Shown in pieces: positions 46,789 through 56,407 of a stretch of DNA of 58,084 nucleotides; within the stretch, counting starts at the first letter, position 1, and the number at the start of each line of letters is the position of its first letter. The stretch is from a virus (lineage: Duplodnaviria; Caudoviricetes). The notes under the pieces were generated by a model that saw only the letters and a program-made list of their open reading frames with translations, searched no databases and was not told the origin of the DNA. Made by a program: the position numbers and the translations under genes. The stretch covers positions 1 to 58,084 of the IMG/VR virus record IMGVR_UViG_3300020442_001798. One strand, written 5' to 3'.

Positions 46789-47293
46789 TTGTATTCCAGA
46801 AACATATGCTTGTGAAGCAGAAGGTACACAAGTAAAAGATGAGGATGGTGAATTTAGTTGTCGATTGACTATTGAATCCGGTATGTGTCCTTGGAAAAGA
46901 GAAGTTAGTAAAACTGATTTTGCTAATGGCGCTGTTAGTGGTATGTTTGGTACTCCTTGTTGGTATCGTGGTAAGCATGGTCAATGGATGATTGATTTAC
47001 TTACAAGTAGTGATCATGAAATTACAAATCCTTTCCCTGATTTTTATGGTGGTCATGAAATTCCTGAATGGGCTGAAGATGGTCAATACGAGCAGGGTTT
47101 TGCTTTTCCTAGTGATTGTGTAAGTCTTGCTGAATGGTTTGATAAGCATACTGATGATTATGTTAAAGCAGTAAGAGTAAATGCTCCGCAATATTATAAT
47201 TCTGATGATGAAGCTGTTACTGATTGGAAATATGCTTCTTGGTGGCTGAAGTTTTGCGCTGAGTATACAGATGGTTTTGCACCTTGGTTTTAG
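46778..47293 (+). CDS. Hypothetical protein (MGLD start, Trp/Cys-rich)
   Basis: 171 aa ORF with GAGG SD. Confidence 0.65.
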   Translation: MGLDCIPETYACEAEGTQVKDEDGEFSCRLTIESGMCPWKREVSKTDFANGAVSGMFGTPCWYRGKHGQWMIDLLTSSDHEITNPFPDFYGGHEIPEWAEDGQYEQGFAFPSDCVSLAEWFDKHTDDYVKAVRVNAPQYYNSDDEAVTDWKYASWWLKFCAEYTDGFAPWF

Positions 47294-47300
47294 AAAGGGA

Positions 47301-47471
47301 ATGATGAAAATGCAATGCCCAGAATGTCAATCTATTGAGATATACATGGAAGATGAATACTACGACAGAAAAGTGCACATTTTAACAATGAAATGTCACG
47401 ACTGTTGTGCTCTGTTTGAAGAACACTATGTGTTTGAGCAGACTGTTGTCTTGACGAAAGGAAACAAATGA
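47301..47471 (+). CDS. Small Zn-ribbon protein
   Basis: CPEC...CHDC. Confidence 0.55.
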   Translation: MMKMQCPECQSIEIYMEDEYYDRKVHILTMKCHDCCALFEEHYVFEQTVVLTKGNK

Positions 47472-48178
47472 GTGAAGAGCGTTTAGTTAAAGATGCAATT
47501 AATTGTTTGAAACGACCTGAAGATTTTGGTTGGTTTGGTGATGACGATATGTTTGTCACTTGGAGTTTTGCTGGTATTAACAAAACAATTAACCATGATG
47601 ATCCTTTGGAAGAATCAAACTTTGAGGTAATTAGCAAAGATTTGATGGAACGTTTTCCTGACGATTTTGATATTGTTGGTGTTAAGCATTGGGCTGTTGG
47701 TTCTATGGATCAATTGCGTGTTCGTGTTTTGAAGAATGAAGGTAAGGTTGAATATGATAATTTGACTGAGGCTTTTCATGCTTTGATGGAATGGCATGAT
47801 ACTCTCCATGATTATCCTGTTGCTGATGAAAATGATTACTATGAGCGTGAGTATGGTTATGAAGTAAAAGATGTTGCTTGGAGATTGGAACATGATGAGT
47901 CTTTGAAGTATGTTATTCATCTTGCTGGCGATTATGAAGAACTTGCTAATGATTTAATCTTTGAGGTTAATCAGAGTCATTATACTTCTTATCATGAACC
48001 TGCTTCTGACGAAGAATTGTTAGAGGCTGCTTTTGAACTTGACCTTTGTAAATTCGATGAGGCTGAGTTTTGGAATGAGTGGGCTGAAAACAATAAGAAA
48101 CAGATTATTTGGAATCATTACACAAATCTTGGTGGTTCTCGTAAAGAAGTGCCGGGGCAAATTGAATTGGAGATTTGA
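47468..48178 (+). CDS. Acidic hypothetical protein
   Basis: LEESNF...HWAVG...L.DYPV motif; 236 aa. Confidence 0.65.
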   Translation: MSEERLVKDAINCLKRPEDFGWFGDDDMFVTWSFAGINKTINHDDPLEESNFEVISKDLMERFPDDFDIVGVKHWAVGSMDQLRVRVLKNEGKVEYDNLTEAFHALMEWHDTLHDYPVADENDYYEREYGYEVKDVAWRLEHDESLKYVIHLAGDYEELANDLIFEVNQSHYTSYHEPASDEELLEAAFELDLCKFDEAEFWNEWAENNKKQIIWNHYTNLGGSRKEVPGQIELEI

Positions 48179-48432
48179 TGTCTGTTAGTGTTGAGAAAAG
48201 AATTGAGTATCTTCATAGTACTTTGCGTAAAATGAATTATGAAGGTGACCTTGATGATGTTCGTGAAGTGAAGCGATTTATATTTATGAATCGTGATCAT
48301 CCTTTGTATGAGAAAGCTATCTTGCATTGGAATGAAATTATCAATGGTCGTTATATTTATAAGGAAAAGCCTGAAGATAGACTGCGTTCTTCTTCTGCTT
48401 TGTATGTCAGTGTCCATGAAGGGAAAAGGTGA
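48175..48432 (+). CDS. Hypothetical protein
   Basis: 85 aa ORF overlapping upstream stop. Confidence 0.55.
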   Translation: MMSVSVEKRIEYLHSTLRKMNYEGDLDDVREVKRFIFMNRDHPLYEKAILHWNEIINGRYIYKEKPEDRLRSSSALYVSVHEGKR

Positions 48433-48437
48433 TAGAA

Positions 48438-48596
48438 ATGAATTACTGGCCTGAAAGGTTAGTTGAAGACGATTACGAAGAAGGTGATCGTTGGGATTGG
48501 GATAGGAATGATAAATCCCAGTATTGTAAGCATGGGAGATTTATTGGCTCTTGGTGGGGTCCTGATATTTCTTGTTTTGATTGTGAAATGGAGTAG
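48438..48596 (+). CDS. 52-aa hypothetical protein (absent from ORF track)
   Basis: MNYWPERL...YCKHG...CFDCEME*. Confidence 0.5.
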   Translation: MNYWPERLVEDDYEEGDRWDWDRNDKSQYCKHGRFIGSWWGPDISCFDCEME

Positions 48597-48598
48597 AA

Positions 48599-48835
48599 AT
48601 GAACAAGTTTATATTAACTAATAGAGAGGTAACTGCTCTCTACAATAATTTAGATAGGTTATTTGGTGCGTATAGTCGTGGCAAATATCCTTTTAATGAG
48701 TTGACTGAATCTGAAATACCAGTTGTTCATCAAGAGATGCACATACTGTTTCAGGTTCGTGATGATATTGAGTTGTATTTTGATGCTTTGGAAGCAGAAG
48801 CGCAAATGAAAATGATGGAGGAAGAAAATGCCTAA
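48599..48835 (+). CDS. Hypothetical protein
   Basis: 78 aa ORF. Confidence 0.55.
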   Translation: MNKFILTNREVTALYNNLDRLFGAYSRGKYPFNELTESEIPVVHQEMHILFQVRDDIELYFDALEAEAQMKMMEEENA

Positions 48836-49487
48836 CTGGTGCGAAAACCAAACATATGCCTATGGCAAAATTGAGAATATCAAAACGTTTATTGATCCGA
48901 TTAATGAAGGATTGGAGGCTGGTGATTATCAAGGCTTTTTGAATCACTATTATCCTTGTCCTCAGGAATTGAAAGACACTAATGCTGGTTTTGTAAATCC
49001 TGAAAATCCTGTTCCAGAGAATTGGATTAATTTTGTTACTGATGGTACTTGGACACAAGAAGAATATGATAAGCGTGCTGCTGAATCAATTGCTAAAGCT
49101 AAAGAACAGCAAAGCAATATTGAGAAGTATGGTTATGCTGATTGGTATCATTGGTGCATTGACAATTGGGGTAGCAAATGGGGTGATTGCGATTTAGTTG
49201 TTGAGGATATTCAGCCTTATGGTGAAGATGGATATGGCTTTGTGCAATTGCGTTATGATTCTGCTTGGGGACCAAATAACGAAGGCATAACAGAAATATC
49301 AAAGCTTTTCCCTAAACTTATCTTTGATTCTTTTTATAGAGAAGGTGGTATGGGTTTCATGGGTCATTTCCAAGTTATTAACGGTGAAGTGTTGAATGAT
49401 GAAAGTGGTGAAATAATTCCTACTGCATATGACTATGAATATATAATTGAATTTGCAGACGACAAAGCATTGGAGCAAGTGAAATAA
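48828..49487 (+). CDS. DUF1281/YubB (Api92-like) ferredoxin-like-fold protein
   Basis: MPNWCEN...WYHWCIDNWGSKW...YDSAWGP...EGGMGFMG. Confidence 0.75.
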   Translation: MPNWCENQTYAYGKIENIKTFIDPINEGLEAGDYQGFLNHYYPCPQELKDTNAGFVNPENPVPENWINFVTDGTWTQEEYDKRAAESIAKAKEQQSNIEKYGYADWYHWCIDNWGSKWGDCDLVVEDIQPYGEDGYGFVQLRYDSAWGPNNEGITEISKLFPKLIFDSFYREGGMGFMGHFQVINGEVLNDESGEIIPTAYDYEYIIEFADDKALEQVK

Positions 49488-49490
49488 TTT

Positions 49491-49874
49491 ATGTCGTTCT
49501 TTTCTGATGATGATATTGAACAGGCCATTAAGAATATGGGTGAAGTCCCAGATGGTTTGATTGATAATACTAATTATGTAGATTTATTTGCTGCCCATGT
49601 GGAATGTATAGATTCTCTTGATATTAATGATGAAGAGTCTAGATTGACATACATGATGAGAATTGTGAATATGGTTGGCGACCCTTCTGATGAAGATTTT
49701 GAAGTTAGAACGGTTGAGAATGCTACATGCATGACGTTTCATATTATTAATCTTCTTCAAATTGGTTCAATGATGAAAGATGATTTTGTAGAAATGTATG
49801 TTGATAGTTTGAGGAATGAGGTTTTACCTCAACTTAACCAAGATAAGGGAGCGATGCCGTATTGGAACAATTAG
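49491..49874 (+). CDS. Acidic hypothetical protein
   Basis: 127 aa ORF. Confidence 0.6.
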   Translation: MSFFSDDDIEQAIKNMGEVPDGLIDNTNYVDLFAAHVECIDSLDINDEESRLTYMMRIVNMVGDPSDEDFEVRTVENATCMTFHIINLLQIGSMMKDDFVEMYVDSLRNEVLPQLNQDKGAMPYWNN

Positions 49875-50149
49875 ATGAATCATGGATGAAAGATGCTTTA
49901 TGCAAAGACCATGATACAGGATTGTTTTATCCAGATACTGGTGAAACTAATCAAGCAAGACAGGCAATAATGATATGTAAACGTTGTCCTGTTCGTGCTG
50001 AGTGTTTGTATTCAGCATTGTCTAGCCCAGAAACTTTTGGTGTATGGGGTGGGTATAGTTATCGTGGTAGGAGAAAATTGGTAAAAACTTTACAAGGTCC
50101 AATAACAATGGAGTTGATTAAGAAAGTTGTAAATGATGGTGTATACTAA
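49862..50149 (+). CDS. whiB: WhiB-family transcription factor
   Basis: WMKDALC...FYP...CKRCPVRAEC...GVWGG...R. Confidence 0.9.
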   Translation: MEQLDESWMKDALCKDHDTGLFYPDTGETNQARQAIMICKRCPVRAECLYSALSSPETFGVWGGYSYRGRRKLVKTLQGPITMELIKKVVNDGVY

Positions 50150-50309
50150 TCAATACAAAATTAAGGTTGTAAAAGAAACAGTTGTTGATTTGAAATCTGA
50201 TATTGAAGCAGAACAAGTTGCTGAAATGTTAGCTTGCAGGGAGGATAATACTCCAGCATTTGGGTATATGACTCTTGTGTATTCAGATTACGAAAAGATT
50301 CCTGTATGA
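50136..50309 (+). CDS. 57-aa hypothetical protein (absent from ORF track)
   Basis: MVYTNQYKIKVVKE...EKIPV*; stop overlaps next ATG. Confidence 0.5.
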   Translation: MVYTNQYKIKVVKETVVDLKSDIEAEQVAEMLACREDNTPAFGYMTLVYSDYEKIPV

Positions 50310-50446
50310 CTAAAGAATGGTCAGAAGAAGGTTTGAATTTTGATGCTGTTGTTCCCATAAAGTGTATAGGAAATTATGGAATACAAAAGGTTATCAAAAA
50401 TCCTCAGACATTGACTGATGAAGAAGATGAGGCTGAAGATGAGTAA
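50306..50446 (+). CDS. 46-aa hypothetical protein (absent from ORF track)
   Basis: ATGA overlap; MTKEWSEEG...DEAEDE*. Confidence 0.45.
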   Translation: MTKEWSEEGLNFDAVVPIKCIGNYGIQKVIKNPQTLTDEEDEAEDE

Positions 50447-50636
50447 ATCTGCATCGCATATGCAGAAGTATTGGTTCGCCAGAGGCTTCTACGATAGGCT
50501 GACTTTTTCTGCAAAGGATGTGCCATCAATTGAGATGGTCGAATACGCAGAAGAAGTGACAGGAATTAACATCCTTAAAGAATACGAATTAGGTTATGAA
50601 CAAGCAGAGAAAGACAAGGTGAATAATGTCATCTGA
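50439..50636 (+). CDS. Hypothetical protein
   Basis: YWFARGFYD...YELGY. Confidence 0.55.
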   Translation: MSKSASHMQKYWFARGFYDRLTFSAKDVPSIEMVEYAEEVTGINILKEYELGYEQAEKDKVNNVI

Positions 50637-50982
50637 ACAGTTATCATGTGCTCAGCGAATTGATGATCATTTGGCTGGGAGAGAAGAAGACTTTGACAAT
50701 ATCTTTGAAGCTATGGATAACGGTGAAGAATACGAAGGGCAAGATGCTTATGATGCATTGCATGAGTATGCTTTGGGTTATGAAAAGAAAGATATGTTGA
50801 AGATTGAACTATCAACTGGTGGACCAGGTGATTGGTTAGAATGTTATCTTTCTGATAACGAGTTGTACAGAGTTGAATATCATTTCAATGATTGGTTTGA
50901 CCATGCTCAAACTACGGTTGATGAAAACTCATCTTTGTTTAGATATGCAGAAACAGTTGTTGAAGGAATGTACTTTAGCTGA
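50626..50982 (+). CDS. Acidic hypothetical protein
   Basis: ELSTGGPGD...YHFNDWFD. Confidence 0.65.
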   Translation: MSSEQLSCAQRIDDHLAGREEDFDNIFEAMDNGEEYEGQDAYDALHEYALGYEKKDMLKIELSTGGPGDWLECYLSDNELYRVEYHFNDWFDHAQTTVDENSSLFRYAETVVEGMYFS

Positions 50983-50991
50983 AAGCAGGTA

Positions 50992-51867
50992 ATGAAAATG
51001 GAAGAAATGCAAACTACTGAACAATATGTTCAGGCAAATACAGAAATAACTATAACAGAAATTGACCCAAATACTGGAGACCCTATTATGACAGAAAAAC
51101 CAGAAGAAAAAGCATTTACCAAGTTTCTAAATGGCCTTAGCGATTTGCTTTTGGAGCATGACGATTTCAATTACAATATTGTTCGTTCTGCTGCTGAACT
51201 TGTCACTGATGATTTTGATATTGAAGATCATTTCGATATTGATGAAGTAAGAATCAAAGTCCAAGAGAATTTGGATATGTATGACCTAGCAAGTGATCTT
51301 GGAGATTATCTTGACTATGATGATATTGCTACCAAAGCAATCCGTGAAATGGATATGTCTGAAGTTGCAAGTGAGGTTAGAGATTACTTCTCCGTTGAGG
51401 AAGAGATTGACAGTTATGCAGACAAATTGCTAAACGACTACGATCCCACCAATGGTTGTGGTTTGGGTGCAGCATTCACTAATGCAGTCGCTAAGGCTGT
51501 ATCTCATATGTTTGAAAATTCAGAAGATGAAAACTTTGAGGTGATGCAGTTCTTGATGAATCGCAATGCTATCGTTATGGAACGAGTAGTTGATAGTGAC
51601 AGGAATGTTGTTGAAGAAAATATCATTGCGGCTGAAGGTCAGACTTTCCGTAACGATGACAATAATTTGACTAATCCTGAAACGTTTGTGCCTTCAGAAA
51701 TTCCTGCAACTAATGTTCAGGAACATGCTATTGAAGCGTTGAAGCGTGTTGTTCATGAAGTATTTGCTTCTTACATTCCTACTTATAATGATGATCCTTT
51801 TATGAAGGTTCGTTTGGAAGCAAAAGCGTTTGATACCTTTACCGATTACATGAATGGAAAGTGGTGA
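50992..51867 (+). CDS. Highly acidic protein with 13-residue repeats
   Basis: FDIDEVRIKVQEN/LDMYDLASDLGDY/LDYDDIATKAIRE/MDMSEVASEVRDY. Confidence 0.65.
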   Translation: MKMEEMQTTEQYVQANTEITITEIDPNTGDPIMTEKPEEKAFTKFLNGLSDLLLEHDDFNYNIVRSAAELVTDDFDIEDHFDIDEVRIKVQENLDMYDLASDLGDYLDYDDIATKAIREMDMSEVASEVRDYFSVEEEIDSYADKLLNDYDPTNGCGLGAAFTNAVAKAVSHMFENSEDENFEVMQFLMNRNAIVMERVVDSDRNVVEENIIAAEGQTFRNDDNNLTNPETFVPSEIPATNVQEHAIEALKRVVHEVFASYIPTYNDDPFMKVRLEAKAFDTFTDYMNGKW

Positions 51868-53545
51868 TATGGCGAGAAAAAAGTATATTCGTATTCGCAA
51901 TGTGTCGGGACAAGATGAAATGCTTGTCCCACGCATTGCCTTAGAGAAGCTTGGTCTTTCTACTAAGCGTGAAGATATGGATACAATTGGTCGATTTGGT
52001 TCTGGTATCAAGTTTGCACCAATTGCTGCTTTGCGTAATGGTTGGGAGTGGGTCTTTGTTGGTCATGATAAGAATGGCCCTTATCAAATGAAATACATTG
52101 TTCAGGAAGAGGATGGTGTTGATTGTATTTGGTATGACTATGGAGATCAGAAAAAGCCTTCATCTTTTACTACTGGTGCTGGTGAACTTTCTTGGACAGA
52201 TGCATTTCAGATTATTCGTGAGCCTATTGCTAACGCTATGGATGGTGTTAGTCAGTTCGGTGGTGAGTGGTCTATTGATGTTGTAAATAAGATCGAAGAA
52301 GAAACCGATGAGCAAAATTTTGATGTTTACATTACTGCTTCGCCAGAGTTGATGGAGATTTTAGACAACATTGATCTGTATTTTTCTTACAATAGAAAGA
52401 AGGTTTTTGAGACTGGTTCTTTCAATGCTATTGGTTTGAAAAATGTGACAAATGATTTGCGAGTGTTTTCGCAAAACGTTTTGATCTTGCATAAGTCTGA
52501 TGAGCGTTCTCTATTTGACTATGAGTTCCCTGTTATTGATTTGAACGAAGAAAGAACTGTCAAATCTGAGTGGGATTTGGGTTGGAGAGTTAGCCACGTT
52601 ATGGCTAGGGTCAATGAGTTAGATGTCATTACCAAAGTGCTTAAAGAAGCAACTAGCATGTATGATAGTGATCCTTTTGAGTTTGGTCAAGGTTGCGCTT
52701 CTCACTATAAGAATATTGATTTTGATGATGCTTGGAAAGAAGCGTTTTGCAATATCTATGGTGAGAATGCTGTAATTTATCCTGTCAACAATGCGGCTAG
52801 TTCTATTGAAAGTTCATTGAGGTTGCGTGGTTCTAAAGCAATACCTATTTATTCTGATGGGGCTTACAAGTTCCTTGAGGGTGCTGGTATTGAGAACTAT
52901 ATGACAACTCTTGGTGAAGACTATCAGTATCAGATTCAAGATGATATTTCAAAGTATCCAGAGTTGATAGATGCTATTGGTTATGTAAAGAGAGCTATCC
53001 CTGATAGCACATCAGTTATTGATAATTGTGGAATTCTATTGGGTGAAGCAGCATCGCAATGCAAAGGTCTTGCTATTAATGTTGATGATCCTGCAAAGAC
53101 AAGAGTTCTTGTTTCGGTAGAGCATCTTGATAGCGGTTCTGTTTCAGATATTGTTGCTACTTTAGTTCATGAATATGATCATGTTCGTACTGGTATTGGT
53201 GATGGGTATTCTGAAGACGGTAGGCGTTTTCGTGACCTTGCAGATAAGCATATCGGCAGAATGATTGTAAAGAATTACAAGCCTAATCCGTTCTATCTTG
53301 AGAATGGCGTGGTATGCTTTAAGGCATCAGATATGACATCTGTTGGTGGTGAACTTCTTGCTAAGACTGAGTATGTAAATATGCTTAACTGTTCCATGAT
53401 GAAGATTGGTAACTTTGTGCTCAAGGTTTTCGGTAATATTAACAACGAATCTCTTTACAATGAGCATAAGCCAGAGTTTACTGATAACAGCACTGTTGTT
53501 TCTTATCCATCATTTTCAAACATTGAAAGGATTGAGGTTGTATAG
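51854..53545 (+). CDS. GHKL-type ATPase fused to HExxH metalloprotease-like domain
   Basis: STK...IGRFGSGIK (G2 box), IREPIANAMD (N box), ATLVHEYDH; start may be ATG 51869. Confidence 0.7.
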   Translation: MESGDMARKKYIRIRNVSGQDEMLVPRIALEKLGLSTKREDMDTIGRFGSGIKFAPIAALRNGWEWVFVGHDKNGPYQMKYIVQEEDGVDCIWYDYGDQKKPSSFTTGAGELSWTDAFQIIREPIANAMDGVSQFGGEWSIDVVNKIEEETDEQNFDVYITASPELMEILDNIDLYFSYNRKKVFETGSFNAIGLKNVTNDLRVFSQNVLILHKSDERSLFDYEFPVIDLNEERTVKSEWDLGWRVSHVMARVNELDVITKVLKEATSMYDSDPFEFGQGCASHYKNIDFDDAWKEAFCNIYGENAVIYPVNNAASSIESSLRLRGSKAIPIYSDGAYKFLEGAGIENYMTTLGEDYQYQIQDDISKYPELIDAIGYVKRAIPDSTSVIDNCGILLGEAASQCKGLAINVDDPAKTRVLVSVEHLDSGSVSDIVATLVHEYDHVRTGIGDGYSEDGRRFRDLADKHIGRMIVKNYKPNPFYLENGVVCFKASDMTSVGGELLAKTEYVNMLNCSMMKIGNFVLKVFGNINNESLYNEHKPEFTDNSTVVSYPSFSNIERIEVV

Positions 53546-53662
53546 ACTAATATGGATTTATAGTTTTGTGATGCTATCTCTTTTAGCCATTGCACTTCTT
53601 CCAGTATTTCTGTTGCTACTGGCTTTCTATTCAGCCGGTATATTAGTTGCGGTGTTTACATA

Positions 53663-53974
53663 ATGCCTAAGTTTAAAAAATATTATGTTGTTGAGTATAG
53701 GTTAGCAATTTCAATTGAAGAGGCTGATTCAGTTCAAAAAGCTGTATCTATGGCTAAAAGAATTTGTGAACGTCAGTACGGTTTTATCCCTGAAAATTGG
53801 AATGCTAGAATATTTGAGTATGGTTCTGGTGAGAATAAAGACGGATCTGTTTCTGAATATTTCTATAATCCAAACTCATCTAATTTTAGAGAGATAACTA
53901 AAAATATTGGTTATCACAAAGATCTAATAGAAAAAGGCATCGATCCAACTAAAGAGGTTGAAGATGAGAGTTGA
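53663..53974 (+). CDS. Hypothetical protein
   Basis: 103 aa ORF. Confidence 0.6.
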   Translation: MPKFKKYYVVEYRLAISIEEADSVQKAVSMAKRICERQYGFIPENWNARIFEYGSGENKDGSVSEYFYNPNSSNFREITKNIGYHKDLIEKGIDPTKEVEDES

Positions 53975-54215
53975 ACTAAAAATACTGGACATTGATTCAT
54001 CACTTATTGATAGATTAGAGTTTTTGTGGGACAAGGATGAAAGTTGGGGCTTAACTAACACAGGGCATATTAGAGTTACATTTCAGAATGGTGCAAGATA
54101 TATTTATGAAAATGTGTCTTTTGCATTATTAATGGCTGTTGCATCTTCTGACTCTGTTGGTCAAGCTTTTAATGACTCTATTAAGAACGGTAAGTTTAAA
54201 TATTACAAGGATTAA
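53958..54215 (+). CDS. KTSC-domain protein
   Basis: IDSSLI...VTFQNGARYIYENV...SDSVGQAFNDSIK. Confidence 0.8.
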   Translation: MKMRVELKILDIDSSLIDRLEFLWDKDESWGLTNTGHIRVTFQNGARYIYENVSFALLMAVASSDSVGQAFNDSIKNGKFKYYKD

Positions 54216-54216
54216 C

Positions 54217-54468
54217 ATGTCTAGAAGATTGAGAAGAATAAAAAATAAATGGGAGTCTGCTGACAGTGGTGACCAATACGATCTGAAAAAGATTACTGAT
54301 TGGGTTGATAGTTTAGAGAAAGAGCTAAAAAGAAGCAAAGGTGATACTCAGTTTATTATTGACTTGCTTGAAGCATCTCGTAAATATTTTATTAAAAACT
54401 TTACAGAAGAGGAGAAAGCAGACTGTTTTGTTTATCTGGTAGGTTTGTTCCATAGGAAAATTAATTAG
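54217..54468 (+). CDS. Hypothetical protein
   Basis: AAGGA SD before MSRRLRR. Confidence 0.55.
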   Translation: MSRRLRRIKNKWESADSGDQYDLKKITDWVDSLEKELKRSKGDTQFIIDLLEASRKYFIKNFTEEEKADCFVYLVGLFHRKIN

Positions 54469-54469
54469 T

Positions 54470-54667
54470 ATGCGCATAAAGTACCCGCCCAGATGGGTTA
54501 AATTAGAAATGTTGGATTTAGAACATCAAGGAGTCAATCTTTATGACTGGGAATTAGTCAAAGAGTTTCTGGAAAGACAAAATCGTTTCACTATGCTAGA
54601 ATGGATGAAGGATAACAGGCAGTTATTTTATTACTCTGTTCTGTCCAATAATTACAAGGCTTTGTGA
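54470..54667 (+). CDS. Hypothetical protein
   Basis: 65 aa ORF. Confidence 0.55.
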   Translation: MRIKYPPRWVKLEMLDLEHQGVNLYDWELVKEFLERQNRFTMLEWMKDNRQLFYYSVLSNNYKAL

Positions 54668-55023
54668 TGAACGAAGATGCGCAGAAAGAACTATACACAG
54701 ATGTTGTATTAGAGTTGCTTACTGCGTATCTTTTTTCTGGAGAAGAAGGCAACAAACAGCTTACTTTTGATCTTATGGAATCGGTAAGGAAAAACCCTGT
54801 CACTGCTGGCAAGGGTTTGATGGAGGGTTTGGTTTTTTCTTCTGTGATACATATGGCTTTGATGATATCTATATTGGGCATGGTAATAGACAAAAGCCGT
54901 GAAGAGGCTTTGCAATATTATGCTATGGCATATCAAATTACAAGAGACAATGTTGCTGAAATGCCACAAGTTCACCCTAACATTGTGAATGATCTTGTAG
55001 AAAAACTAGACGGTATTCTGTAG
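54664..55023 (+). CDS. Hypothetical protein
   Basis: 119 aa ORF overlapping upstream stop. Confidence 0.6.
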   Translation: MMNEDAQKELYTDVVLELLTAYLFSGEEGNKQLTFDLMESVRKNPVTAGKGLMEGLVFSSVIHMALMISILGMVIDKSREEALQYYAMAYQITRDNVAEMPQVHPNIVNDLVEKLDGIL

Positions 55024-55075
55024 AATACAAAACTAAAGCCTGTTAATTATTATTCTCAAAAGGAGGTAACTTACT

Positions 55076-55651
55076 ATGAGAATTTTGATATTATGTTTTA
55101 TGGCGGTAGCGTCATTATCTTTTTCAATTGGAAAGGAAATAGGTGAATCAGAAAACAAAGAGCCGGAGATCGTTTTTCTCTCTAATCCTAATCTTCCTAA
55201 TTTGGATGTAATTGAAGAAGCGGTTGAGTTGCAAACTACTACAACAACTATTCTTGAGGTAGATGAAGATATACCTTTCCCTAAGCCAGAGTATCGTGAA
55301 AAAGTAATTGTAACGACTACTACTTTACCTGAAGGTACTTGTTCTGAATGGTATTCTGTTGCGGTTGAGGCTGGTTGGTCGGTTGATCAATTGCAAAAAC
55401 TTGGTAGAATTATTTGGAGAGAAAGCAATTGTCGTCATGATGTTGCCAACAAAACTTATTCTTATGGTCTGACTCAGATTGAATGGTCGGCTCACTATAA
55501 ATGGCTTGATTCTGAGTTTGGTATCACTGAAAGAGAGGCTTTGTATGACCCTTACACAAATTTGTTAGTCGCAAAATGGTTGTATGATTATGCAGAAGAA
55601 GCGTATGGTTGTGGATGGCAACCTTGGTATATGAGTGGAGATTGGTGTTAG
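55076..55651 (+). CDS. Secreted lytic transglycosylase (SLT/Rpf-like)
   Basis: Signal peptide, Thr runs, IIWRESNC...SYGLTQI...LYDPYTNL...GWQPW; AAGGAGG SD. Confidence 0.85.
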   Translation: MRILILCFMAVASLSFSIGKEIGESENKEPEIVFLSNPNLPNLDVIEEAVELQTTTTTILEVDEDIPFPKPEYREKVIVTTTTLPEGTCSEWYSVAVEAGWSVDQLQKLGRIIWRESNCRHDVANKTYSYGLTQIEWSAHYKWLDSEFGITEREALYDPYTNLLVAKWLYDYAEEAYGCGWQPWYMSGDWC

Positions 55652-55905
55652 TGGAAACTAAAGTTACTTTGTCAGATTACTACTTGAATGATGATTATCC
55701 TGGTGTTATCTTTGAATGCTTAGGTCATCCAATAGAAAGTACTATTGATCATTATGGCGATGTCATTAGAGAGGAAGAAAATGATTTACAAGTTGTTATC
55801 CGTATGGTTGGTGATGACGCTGAGCATGTATATTATATCGAAGATTTGGTTGAATATACTGGACATGTTTGCTCATGCGGTCAATTGGGATGTGGACATG
55901 GTTAG
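55651..55905 (+). CDS. Hypothetical protein
   Basis: VIRMVGDD...CSCGQLGCGH. Confidence 0.55.
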   Translation: METKVTLSDYYLNDDYPGVIFECLGHPIESTIDHYGDVIREEENDLQVVIRMVGDDAEHVYYIEDLVEYTGHVCSCGQLGCGHG

Positions 55906-56066
55906 TGTGCTTATTCACTTAGGCATACTCGTTGTGGGATCTTTATTGATTGCTTATATTAGATATAGAAAGGTTAGTTAGTGAATTCACTAAAAATTAT
56001 AGGCGCAACTATACTTGTAGTTGTTGCACTAGTTTCGGCATATCAGATTGCGAAAGGCGATTGGGA

Positions 56067-56273
56067 ATGAAATTACAAAATCATACGTGTCCTCGTTGTT
56101 TGGGTGGTATCCCAAATGATTTGCGAAGAGGTGAGTATATCGGTGCTATTAGTAGAACCGACAATAAAACAGAAATCTGTTCTGCTTGCGGAACATCTGA
56201 AGCATTAGAGGATTTTTCTGGTAATGGTTTGTCAGCACAAGCGAACTGGGCGGTGAATCAGCAATGGAAGTAA
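56067..56273 (+). CDS. Zn-finger hypothetical protein
   Basis: CPRC...AISRTDNKTEICSACGTSEAL. Confidence 0.65.
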   Translation: MKLQNHTCPRCLGGIPNDLRRGEYIGAISRTDNKTEICSACGTSEALEDFSGNGLSAQANWAVNQQWK

Positions 56274-56407
56274 ATTATGATGACCCAATGGATATTTTTG
56301 ATCCAAGGAATTTTTTAAGAAAATGTGTTGAGTGTGGCAGAATGTTTGACATGCTTGACCATGTTGATGCTGAGGAATGGAATTACGGACATGATTGTGA
56401 GAACTAA
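56264..56407 (+). CDS. 47-aa Zn-binding hypothetical protein (absent from ORF track)
   Basis: MEVNYDDP...CVECGRMFD...EEWNYGHDCEN*. Confidence 0.55.
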   Translation: MEVNYDDPMDIFDPRNFLRKCVECGRMFDMLDHVDAEEWNYGHDCEN

